Source: Candidatus Iainarchaeum sp.
GTDB lineage: Archaea; Iainarchaeota; Iainarchaeia; Iainarchaeales; JACQJH01
Length of the DNA stretch: 32,000 bases
Direction of reading: 5' to 3'
Assembly (NCBI GenBank): GCA_016205145.1
Contig: JACQJH010000001.1
Span: 90,001-122,000 of the forward strand
In this document: in pieces, positions 8,409-16,813 of the stretch
Position numbering within the stretch: position 1 is the first letter of the stretch
Layout of the letters: each line of letters begins with the position of its first letter
Program-made: the position numbers and the translations under genes
The notes under the pieces: model-generated
Database searches by the model: none
What the model saw: the letters and a program-made list of their open reading frames with translations, nothing else
What the model was told of the DNA's origin: nothing

Positions 8409-10781
8409 ATGAACGCACGCCTTGTTTTTGTCCTGCTGCTTGCGTTGCTTGCATTGGCTGGCTGTGCCGCGGTCGACAAGAAGACAATCGAGGCGTTCAA
8501 GGCAATTCCTGAAGTGCAGTCTTTTCTCGCGCAGAACCCCGATGCGCAGGTAACAGGCTATTCGCTTGACAAGCTGACGGTTGAAGGGTCCAAAAAGGAG
8601 CTCCTGAAGCAGTGCCCTGACCTGGAAATCAAGGACTATTTCCTGGTTTCGGCGAAATCCAAGGACGAAAGGCTTGAGGCATTGCTTGACAGGAAGTCAA
8701 GGGAAGTTGCCTGCATTTTGCGCACTAAAACCGCGAGGTGCGCCCTGGACGACTTCAAGTGCAGTGAAAGCGCCGGTCAGGGACAGGCAAAGCCGAAGTG
8801 CGTGGAAGGCGAGGTTTTGTGCAGCAACCAGTGCGTTGTCCCGTTGTGCGCATCTAACAGCGAATGCAACGACAATGACGCCAAAACCACTGACACGTGC
8901 AGCAGCGCGGGCAAATGCAATGCGAAATGCTCCAACAAGGAGGTGACCTGCAGGCCCAACCAGCTTTTGTGCAACGGCGCGTGCAAGAATGTTGCGTGCA
9001 GGGAGGACAAGGACTGCAATGACAGGGAAAGCCTTACAACTGACAAGTGCAGGAAACCGGCGTCATGCGAATCCTTCTGCGAAAACACGCCTTCAAGATA
9101 CCCGGTAAAAGTAAGCGTGCTGTCCGTTGACGATTTTTCGCCCAAGGTTGACGGCCCAATCAGCATTTTTGTCGGAGTAGCCAATCCTGACAACCACCAG
9201 TTGCAGTATACCCTGTTTGCCGGCAAGAAGGCGTTTTCAAACGTTGCCGCCATCAAGACGACAATCCTTGATTCAGGAAAGCAGAAAATCAAGGCGGTAA
9301 TCCACGACGTTGAAGCGGACGAGAACGTTTCCAAGGAAATCGAAATCAATGTGCGGCCGGCAACCGCAACTTCCCTGTGCGCGATTGACGAGAACTGCGA
9401 CGACGGCATAGACGGATCAGTCGACAAGTGCGAGAAGGCAGGCACCTGGGATGCACTGTGCAGGAACACTTACGCTGATTCTTCGCAAAAAGCGCTTCCA
9501 TCGATAGCGGGCTTTTCAAAGGCAAAAACCGAAAGCCTGAAATGGATTGAAGGCGGAACAAAAACCGTTTACTCGAAAGGCGGCGTGTCGGTTGAAGTGC
9601 TTGTCCTGCCGCTCAAAAACCATTTCCTGGCACTGGATTTTGCTTCAAAAAGCCTTGACACGTTCCAGAAAAAAACCTTTGTCGACGAAAACGGCGGCTA
9701 TTTCACTGCAAGCTATTTCACCTATTCAAAGGTTTTCTGGGTATCCGGCAACAACGCTGTAGCAGTAATGGCCCTGAACAAGGAAAAAGTCGACCTGGAG
9801 CAGTTCAGGAGCGCGCTCTTTGAAGTGCTTCCAAGCAATTCTGCTGCGCAGGGCATCTGCAGGCGCGGCGAGATTGCCTGCAACAACGAGTGCATCAAGC
9901 CTGTCTGCGTTAAGGATCTGGACTGCAATGACAAGAACACTGGCACTGATGACAGGTGCGAGAAGTCAAACAGCTGTGAAGCGGAGTGCAAGCATTCTGA
10001 TTTCGCTTTGCCTCCCGCCATAGACTATGTTTCATCGGATGTTTTCCGGCCAAATGCCGGGCAGAACTTTTCAGTCGCAATGTCCGCTGTCAGCGTTTCC
10101 GGCAACGCCCTGGATTACTCGATTGCCTTCGGGTTGAACGAGTTCAAGGGCAAGCCATCCGCAACGAATTGGTTTTCAAAAGCAGGCAAGCAGAAAGTGA
10201 AGCTGACTGCAAGAGACGTTGTTTCGGGAAAAACAGCAGTCAAGGAGCTTGAATTCAATATCCTTGCCACCACCGCGGCGCCGAGGTGCACTGCGGATGC
10301 CAACTGCTCCGACGGCATAGCAACGACAATCGATTACTGCCAGGGTTCAGGCACCGCCGGCTCGTTCTGCAAGAACATCCCTGAGACCAGCGAGGAAAAG
10401 CAGTTTGCCCCGAAGCTCGGCGGTTTCAAGCTTTCGGTTTTGCCGGACGTCGTTTTCCCGGTCCCGGCAAGAAAAGCGGTTTACGAGAACAACGGCCTGA
10501 AGGCGGAGGTTTTCATAGCTGAATTTGAAAGCCACGAGCGCGCTCTCGATTTTGTTTACAACGGCCTGAAGACCTTCCCGAAAGAGGGAACCGAAACTTT
10601 CAAGCAGAGTTTCGGCGGCTACTTCCAGCGCAGTTACCTGTCTTACCGCAAGGTTGCATGGGTTTCCGAGAACAAGGCAGTGCAGGTTTCGTCCTACAAC
10701 GCGGAAGCGCTTGACCTCAACGCCTTGTCCGACTATTACATGATAAATTATCCGAGCAAGACAGCCCAGCCGGCAAGCTAA
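8409..10781 (+). CDS. secreted Cys-rich lipobox protein with an internal ~300-aa duplication
   Basis: 790 aa. Signal plus lipobox: MNARLVFVLLLALLALAGC. Three 8-Cys modules (e.g. CRPNQLLCNGACKNVACREDKDCNDRESLTTDKCRKPASCESFCEN). The unit 8-Cys module / Ig-like segment / short 4-Cys module / alpha-beta domain occurs twice (8949-9836 and 9858-10760). Confidence 0.75.
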   Translation: MNARLVFVLLLALLALAGCAAVDKKTIEAFKAIPEVQSFLAQNPDAQVTGYSLDKLTVEGSKKELLKQCPDLEIKDYFLVSAKSKDERLEALLDRKSREVACILRTKTARCALDDFKCSESAGQGQAKPKCVEGEVLCSNQCVVPLCASNSECNDNDAKTTDTCSSAGKCNAKCSNKEVTCRPNQLLCNGACKNVACREDKDCNDRESLTTDKCRKPASCESFCENTPSRYPVKVSVLSVDDFSPKVDGPISIFVGVANPDNHQLQYTLFAGKKAFSNVAAIKTTILDSGKQKIKAVIHDVEADENVSKEIEINVRPATATSLCAIDENCDDGIDGSVDKCEKAGTWDALCRNTYADSSQKALPSIAGFSKAKTESLKWIEGGTKTVYSKGGVSVEVLVLPLKNHFLALDFASKSLDTFQKKTFVDENGGYFTASYFTYSKVFWVSGNNAVAVMALNKEKVDLEQFRSALFEVLPSNSAAQGICRRGEIACNNECIKPVCVKDLDCNDKNTGTDDRCEKSNSCEAECKHSDFALPPAIDYVSSDVFRPNAGQNFSVAMSAVSVSGNALDYSIAFGLNEFKGKPSATNWFSKAGKQKVKLTARDVVSGKTAVKELEFNILATTAAPRCTADANCSDGIATTIDYCQGSGTAGSFCKNIPETSEEKQFAPKLGGFKLSVLPDVVFPVPARKAVYENNGLKAEVFIAEFESHERALDFVYNGLKTFPKEGTETFKQSFGGYFQRSYLSYRKVAWVSENKAVQVSSYNAEALDLNALSDYYMINYPSKTAQPAS

Positions 10782-10985
10782 GCTTGGTTGAAGCAGCGGT
10801 TCGTTCGCCTATGCATGGGAAATGCCAAAAGGCTTTGATGCTTGAGTTGCGTGCGGACATCTTCACCAGTTGCCGAAAAACAGCATGCGGACGCTCCATT
10901 GCATTTATGAAACCATAAATATAAATATGCGGAATGCCTTTAACCGTATAAAATTAACCAAGATTTTTTTTTTGGAGGCGGAAAA

Positions 10986-11948
10986 GTGAAAAAAACAAGG
11001 ACGATTTTTATTCCACTAATACTGTTTGCCGCATTGGTCTTTGCGGGCTGCACACAGGCAAACGAAAAAACGGGTTTGCTGACACTCAGCGCCAACGAAC
11101 GCGTAAACATTCTTGACGGTGACAGGTACTGGTCATTAGGAGCAGGAAAAGCCGACGGCATAACAGGACAACCGTTGCAGGACACTTCAACAATCTACCC
11201 CGGCTCATTTTCAATAAGAGACCTCTGGGTGCAAAAAGACAGATTATTCATTGACAGAACCGGCAGAATCGGAATCGGAACAACAGCCCCAGAAGTCAAA
11301 CTTGACATAAAAGAATCCGACCAAACATACCCGCCCTTAAGAATAACCAACACGAAAAACGATGGTTACGCAGGCATCGTCTTTGGCACAGATAGCGGCA
11401 TACAAGGGCACATGGGAGCCGCAGGTTATTATGCTGCCAATCAAAAGCTGAGAAACTCCGTTTATTTCGGGTCGACAGGGGACAAAAGAGTGGTAATAAC
11501 CGCAAACGGGATTCCCAGGATGTTCATTGAGCCGACATACTTTCAAAGCTTTATAACAAATTCGCCAGATGCAAATGGATCTACATCCTTTTCTGCCTCA
11601 ACGACCATGACTGCCGGAAACCAAGGAAGAGGAATATATTTTAGGGTAATGGATATTCAGGGAACTCGGACAGCATTGAGCGTCTCATTAGATGCAGGGG
11701 GGTCCACCGGAGTTTTCAGCGTAAACGCCCAAAAACTGGAAACAAGTGGCGGTACTTCATTCACGGCACCACAGACCGCCTTGTCTGTAACACCGGAAAC
11801 AATAAGGTTAACATTACTGAATGGCGCAAGAATAAAGATAGCGTCCTCCGCACCGGCTAACAGGCAGCTTTGTATTACTGGACAGCAAGAATTGGGTTTC
11901 TGTTCGAGTGTAAATGCGGATGGTACGTGCACATGCGTGCCAGTTTAA
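10986..11948 (+). CDS. lipobox surface protein with a tail-fibre-like GIGTT motif; paralog of 31240-32000
   Basis: GTG start 7 nt after GGAGG. MKKTRTIFIPLILFAALVFAGC is a signal plus lipobox. Contains DRTGRIGIGTTAPEVKLDIKESD and a C-terminal 4-Cys motif CITGQQELGFCSSVNADGTCTC. A 200-nt stretch is ~90% identical to the inverted copy at the window end. Confidence 0.7.
   Translation: MKKTRTIFIPLILFAALVFAGCTQANEKTGLLTLSANERVNILDGDRYWSLGAGKADGITGQPLQDTSTIYPGSFSIRDLWVQKDRLFIDRTGRIGIGTTAPEVKLDIKESDQTYPPLRITNTKNDGYAGIVFGTDSGIQGHMGAAGYYAANQKLRNSVYFGSTGDKRVVITANGIPRMFIEPTYFQSFITNSPDANGSTSFSASTTMTAGNQGRGIYFRVMDIQGTRTALSVSLDAGGSTGVFSVNAQKLETSGGTSFTAPQTALSVTPETIRLTLLNGARIKIASSAPANRQLCITGQQELGFCSSVNADGTCTCVPV
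11217..11416 (+). repeat. left arm of an inverted repeat pair (partner 31796-31995)
   Basis: Hand alignment of 11217-11416 against the reverse complement of 31796-31995 gives 19 mismatches in 200 nt, with identical runs up to 32 nt (gacataaaagaatccgaccaaacatacccgcc). Confidence 0.85.
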
Positions 11949-11963
11949 ATTAGGCAAAACTTT

Positions 11964-11998
11964 AAGCCGGTTTACAGCCGGCTTTTCTTTTTTTCTTC
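11964..11998 (+). terminator. hairpin plus T-tract downstream of 10986-11948
   Basis: aagccgg-tttacag-ccggctt forms a 7-bp stem and is followed by ttctttttttctt. Confidence 0.5.
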
Positions 11999-12106
11999 CA
12001 AAGGTTCCGTGTGTCGCCTGTCCATCTATGGAATTCCTGCGCGGCTGATTTTTTTTCCACAAAAGCGTTAAAATAGTTTCTCCGCTTTTTTTAATCCGGT
12101 GAAAGC

Positions 12107-13363
12107 ATGGCGTTTGAACTGAGCGAAACCACCAGGAAATGGCTTCCGTCCGCAACCTTGGGCGTGAAGGAGCAGATAACAAGGACGGAAAAGGAACTGC
12201 AGGCACTGCACAGCAAATCCGATTACAAAATAGTCGTGCTTACAGCCGGCCAGCCGCATTTCAAGCCGACCGATGATGTCATTGCCGCGCTCAGCGAAGG
12301 CGGAAAGTTCACGCCCTACCAGCCTGTTTCAGGCTATCCTGAACTGAAAAGCCTTGTCGCTGAAATGGTTTCAAAGCAGGCCGGCAATTCTTATTCAGCT
12401 GAAAATGTGCAAATTTCCGTTGGAGGAAAGGAAGCGCTCTACAATGTTTTCGGCGCAATCACGAATGAGGGAGACGTTTTTTTTGTGCCCGCGCCTTATT
12501 GGGTTAGCATTCCAACGCAGATTGAAAGCTTCGGCGGAAAAGTTGTTGTCGTTGAGCCGGATGACAGCCTGAAGATTTCCGCACACGCACTTGAACAAGC
12601 CATAAAAAACGCGCCGCACGGGAAAAAGGTTGCATTGTACCTGAATTCGCCGTCCAATCCGACCGGCATGGTTTACTCGAAAGAAGAGCTTGAAGCAATA
12701 GCTGTGGTGTGTAAAAAGCACAGCCTTGACGTGGTTTCCGACGAATGTTACACGTCGCTCACTTTTGACGGCCTGGGCGTTGCTCCAAGCATTGCCTCGC
12801 TTGAAGGAATGGCTGAACGCACCGTAATCATTGGCACGATGTCAAAGCAATTCTGCGCGCCAAGCTACCGTGTAGGATGGGCAGTCGGGCCGAAAGACCT
12901 GATTTCCGGAATGAACAAAAGGCAGGCTGACATCAGTTCAGGCACTTCAATGCCTGCGCAGTTCGCGTGCTGCGTTGGGTTGAAAAGCGCCGCGGCAAAG
13001 GCGCGCACAGAGGAAATGGTTGAATATTACGAGAAGGCGCGTGACAATTTCATTGCAGGATTGTCGAAAATAATGGTCGGAGGAAAGCATGCATTCAAAA
13101 TAAACCAGAAACCGCAGGGTGCGTTCTATTTGTTTCCGGACGTGAGCGAGATTTACGGAAAAAGCTACGAATTCAACGGCCAGAAATTCAAAATCAACGG
13201 CTCCGAGGACTGCCAGCTTTTCTTCATGCGTTCCGGAGTGGCGTGCGTCAACGGAAAGTCTTTCGGCGCTGACAAGTGCGTGCGCTTTTCCTACGCTACA
13301 ACGAATGAAACGCTTGCGTTGGCGGTTGAAAGGTTCAGGGAAGCGATTGGAGCGCTCAAGTGA
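12107..13363 (+). CDS. class I/II PLP-dependent aminotransferase (aspartate aminotransferase-like)
   Basis: 418 aa. LNSPSNPTGMVYS, DECY and the PLP-lysine motif GTMSKQFCAPSYRVGW (SKxxxxxxxRxG). Confidence 0.85.
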   Translation: MAFELSETTRKWLPSATLGVKEQITRTEKELQALHSKSDYKIVVLTAGQPHFKPTDDVIAALSEGGKFTPYQPVSGYPELKSLVAEMVSKQAGNSYSAENVQISVGGKEALYNVFGAITNEGDVFFVPAPYWVSIPTQIESFGGKVVVVEPDDSLKISAHALEQAIKNAPHGKKVALYLNSPSNPTGMVYSKEELEAIAVVCKKHSLDVVSDECYTSLTFDGLGVAPSIASLEGMAERTVIIGTMSKQFCAPSYRVGWAVGPKDLISGMNKRQADISSGTSMPAQFACCVGLKSAAAKARTEEMVEYYEKARDNFIAGLSKIMVGGKHAFKINQKPQGAFYLFPDVSEIYGKSYEFNGQKFKINGSEDCQLFFMRSGVACVNGKSFGADKCVRFSYATTNETLALAVERFREAIGALK

Positions 13364-13372
13364 GATGATGCA

Positions 13373-13927
13373 ATGCCGGTGAATGAAGCTTTTGACCCTG
13401 GCCTGGTGCGCCAGCTTCTTGATTCCGCGCTTGCCCGCATGTCTGAGCAGGAACCGCAGCCTCAAAAGCCCGTTGACTGGAACATGGTTTTTGCCAACGC
13501 CGAAGCGGCAATAGCCGGCGGCGACAGAGCGAAAAGGGAGGCGGCCTTGGATTTTTTCCGCCTTGTCGACAAATATGCGTTGATTGCCGGGCATGAAACC
13601 GAAATAAGGCGGCTGCGCAAAGGCGCCAAGTATTTGGTGCCGGGAACGAGGATTGTGGATGTTTCCGGCTCTGTACTGCGGAAAATTTCGCTTCAGGCAG
13701 ACCTCATCCAGCGCAACAGGTTTCCTGCGGCCGAAGAATCGCGCCAGGCACTGGAGTTTGCCGATCGTTGCAGGACAAAAGTTTTGGGAATTCTTGTGCG
13801 CGCCTCACCCAACGCCAAAGAAATATTGGCGCGGGGCGGGAGAATAGAACGCGCCTTGAAGGCGGGGCGCAGGCCGCGGGACGCGTTGCCGCGAGCCACG
13901 AAATCCATGCGCCGCCCTCTGCAATAA
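13373..13927 (+). CDS. hypothetical protein
   Basis: 184-aa ORF starting 9 nt after the aminotransferase stop. Very basic C-terminal tail. No family recognised. Its stop is 2 nt from the convergent ppdK stop. Confidence 0.45.
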   Translation: MPVNEAFDPGLVRQLLDSALARMSEQEPQPQKPVDWNMVFANAEAAIAGGDRAKREAALDFFRLVDKYALIAGHETEIRRLRKGAKYLVPGTRIVDVSGSVLRKISLQADLIQRNRFPAAEESRQALEFADRCRTKVLGILVRASPNAKEILARGGRIERALKAGRRPRDALPRATKSMRRPLQ

Positions 13928-13929
13928 AA

Positions 13930-16590
13930 TCATTTTGCCTTTTTTTCCTTCAAAGCCGCCTGTGCAGCTGCCAGCCTTGCAATCGGAACCCTGTAAGGCG
14001 AGCAACTCACGTAATTCAGCCCGATGGTGTGGCAGAATTCCACGCTGGATGGCTCGCCGCCGTGTTCGCCGCAAATCCCGATTTTCAGGTTTTCGCGTTT
14101 CGAGCGGCCTTTCTGCACCGCGGTCCTGATTAGCTGGCCCACGCCTTCCTGGTCGAGCACCTGGAATGGATCATGCTTTATGATTTTCTTTTCCATGTAA
14201 GCCGGAATGAATTTTGCGGCATCGTCCCTTGAATAGCCCCAGGTCGTCTGCGTCAGATCGTTTGTGCCGAAAGAGAAAAATTCCGCGTACTCCGCGATGT
14301 CATCCGCTGTAAGGCATGCCCTCGGCAGTTCCATCATCACGCCAATCAAGAAATCAAGGTCGGCTTTCTTTTCCGACAGCACCTGCTTGGCAGTCGCGTC
14401 CACCAATGCCGCCATGTTTTTCATTTCATTGACATGGTTCAGGACCGGAATCATTATTTCGGGCCTGACGTCGACGCCTTTTTCCTTTGCCTCGACCGCT
14501 GCCTCGATTATTGCGCGAACTTGCATTTCGTTGATTTCAGGGAAGACGATGCCGAGGCGGCAGCCCCTGAATCCGAGCATCGGATTTATTTCGTGCAATG
14601 ACGCGATTTTCGCCTTGATTTTTTCCACGCTTACGCCCGTGCTCTGCGCGATTTCCGCGATTTCCTTTTCGCCTTCGGGCAGGAATTCGTGCAGTGGCGG
14701 GTCAAGCAGCCTTATCGTTACCGGCAGACCATCCATTGCCTTGAAAATGCCCTTGAAGTCCTCGCGCTGGAATGGAAGCAGTTTGTCCAAGGCCTTGCGC
14801 CTCTCCGCGGTTGTTTCCGCCAGAATCATTTCACGCATTGCCTTGATGCGGCTGCCCTCGAAAAACATGTGCTCGGTCCTGCACAAGCCTATGCCTTCGG
14901 CGCCGAACTTTCTCGCAACATCGGAGTCATGCGGCGTATCCGCATTCGTCCTCACTTTAAGCTTTCTGACCGCGTCAGCCCATTCCATCAATGTCCCAAA
15001 ATCGCCTGAAAGCTTTGGCTCGACAAGCGGCAGTTTTCCGAGATAGACCTTGCCAGTGCTTCCGTCCAGGGAAACCCAGTCGTTTTCCTTGACCGCAATT
15101 TCCCCTTCCGCGGTCTTCACCGAAAACCTGTTGTCCTTGTATGAAACGTGGATGTCATTGCTTCCGGCAACACAGCATTTGCCCATGCCGCGCGCTACGA
15201 CTGCAGCATGACTGGTGCTTCCGCCGCGCGCAGTGAGAATGCCCTGCGCAACGTTCATTCCTTCAATGTCTTCGGGCGTTGTCTCGACGCGCACGAGAAT
15301 AAGTTTTTTGTTTGCGTCCGCGTCATGCAATGCCTTCGCCTTTTCCGCTGTGAAAACAACCTGGCCGACTGCCGCGCCCGGCGAGGCGGCTATGCCGGAG
15401 GCAATGGCTTTTGCCTTCTGTGCCTCTTTTTCGTCGAACTGCTTGTGCAATAGCTGGTCGAGCTGTTCCGGCTTGACGCGCATGATCGCGGTTTCCCTGT
15501 CAATGAGCTTTTCCTTTTCCATGTCGACCGCAATTTTCACCGCCGCCTTTGCGGTGCGCTTTCCGCTTCTTGTCTGCAAAAGGAACAGCTTTTCATGCTC
15601 GAAGGTAAACTCGAAGTCCTGCAAATCGCGGTAATGCTTTTCAAGAATGTCGTAAACCTTCAGCAGTTCAGCGTAAACCTTTGGATGAGATTTTTTCATT
15701 TCGTCGACGGGCTGGGGCGTCCTTATGCCCGCAACGACGTCCTCGCCCTGCGCGTTGATCAAAAATTCGCCGTAATGCTCCTTCTCGCCGGTTGCGGGAT
15801 TGCGCGTGAAGGAAACGCCTGTTCCGCAGTCTTCTCCCATGTTTCCGAAAACCATTACCTGCACGTTCACGCCCGTTCCGGCGTCCTCTTTCAGCTTGTT
15901 GATGCGCCTGTATGACACAGCCCTCGGAACGTTCCATGAACTAAAGACGGCGTTGATGCCCATTTTCAGCTGCTCGAACGCTTCATTGGGAAAGCTTTTG
16001 CCCGCGTGCTTCTGCACGATTGCTTTGTACTCTTCAACCAAAACCTTGAGGTCTTCGACGGAAAGTTCCGTGTCAAGCTTCACGCCTTTCCCTGCCTTGA
16101 GCGCATGAATGGCTTCCTCGAAATGCTCATGCTGGACTCCCATGACAACGTCGCCGAACATGTGTATGAAGCGCCTGTAAGAGTCATACGCGCCCCTTTC
16201 ATTTTTGGTCGAGTGCGCCAATCCCTTGACGGTTTCGTCGTTCAAACCCAAGTTGAGGACAGTGTCCATCATTCCCGGCATTGAAACGTAAGAGCCGGAG
16301 CGCACGGAAAACAGCAATGGATTTTCCGGGTCGCCGAACTTTTTTCCGATTTTGGCTTCGGTTTTGGCAAGGCATTCTTTTACCTGTGATTCAAGGCCTT
16401 CCGGCCATTTTTTGCCCGAATCATAGAATTCATTGCAGGCCTCGGTTGAAACGGTGAATCCCGGTGGCACGGGCAGTCCGATTGAAGTCATTTCCGCGAG
16501 CTGTGCGCCCTTGTTGCCCAGCCTGAAAATCCATTCTTCCGAATTCGCATTTTTGACCTCATCAAACAAATACACGTACTTCTTTGCCAT
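13930..16590 (-). CDS. ppdK: pyruvate, phosphate dikinase
   Basis: 886 aa from MAKKYVYLFDE at ATG 16590; the track ORF extension to 16743 is rejected. Motifs: RLGNKGAQLAEM, the phospho-His loop GGSTSHAAVVARGMGK, CRTEHMFF and IGICGEHGGEPSS. aaggggtg lies ~8 nt upstream of the start. Confidence 0.95.
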   Translation of the reverse strand: MAKKYVYLFDEVKNANSEEWIFRLGNKGAQLAEMTSIGLPVPPGFTVSTEACNEFYDSGKKWPEGLESQVKECLAKTEAKIGKKFGDPENPLLFSVRSGSYVSMPGMMDTVLNLGLNDETVKGLAHSTKNERGAYDSYRRFIHMFGDVVMGVQHEHFEEAIHALKAGKGVKLDTELSVEDLKVLVEEYKAIVQKHAGKSFPNEAFEQLKMGINAVFSSWNVPRAVSYRRINKLKEDAGTGVNVQVMVFGNMGEDCGTGVSFTRNPATGEKEHYGEFLINAQGEDVVAGIRTPQPVDEMKKSHPKVYAELLKVYDILEKHYRDLQDFEFTFEHEKLFLLQTRSGKRTAKAAVKIAVDMEKEKLIDRETAIMRVKPEQLDQLLHKQFDEKEAQKAKAIASGIAASPGAAVGQVVFTAEKAKALHDADANKKLILVRVETTPEDIEGMNVAQGILTARGGSTSHAAVVARGMGKCCVAGSNDIHVSYKDNRFSVKTAEGEIAVKENDWVSLDGSTGKVYLGKLPLVEPKLSGDFGTLMEWADAVRKLKVRTNADTPHDSDVARKFGAEGIGLCRTEHMFFEGSRIKAMREMILAETTAERRKALDKLLPFQREDFKGIFKAMDGLPVTIRLLDPPLHEFLPEGEKEIAEIAQSTGVSVEKIKAKIASLHEINPMLGFRGCRLGIVFPEINEMQVRAIIEAAVEAKEKGVDVRPEIMIPVLNHVNEMKNMAALVDATAKQVLSEKKADLDFLIGVMMELPRACLTADDIAEYAEFFSFGTNDLTQTTWGYSRDDAAKFIPAYMEKKIIKHDPFQVLDQEGVGQLIRTAVQKGRSKRENLKIGICGEHGGEPSSVEFCHTIGLNYVSCSPYRVPIARLAAAQAALKEKKAK

Positions 16591-16813
16591 CCACAAAACA
16601 CCCCTTAATTGTCGAAGCCGCTTTCGTCCGGCGGTTTCGTCCGCCGGGTCCGAAGCTAAGGCCGTCCACTGTTGTGAACGGCCGAGCCGTTCGGCAAAAG
16701 CCAAACAGACAGCCTCAAAAGCCAATGAACCGATTTCCTGCAAAAAAGGGTTTTAAAGGGTTTTGGAAACTTGACCGCGGCAGGCTTTTAACCGCCGAAG
16801 CCGTATACTGGTA

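Noticed and set aside
16591-16743. 51-codon upstream extension of the ppdK ORF
   Set aside because: PPDK homologs begin at about MAKKYVY. The extension has no homology and looks like a translated leader.
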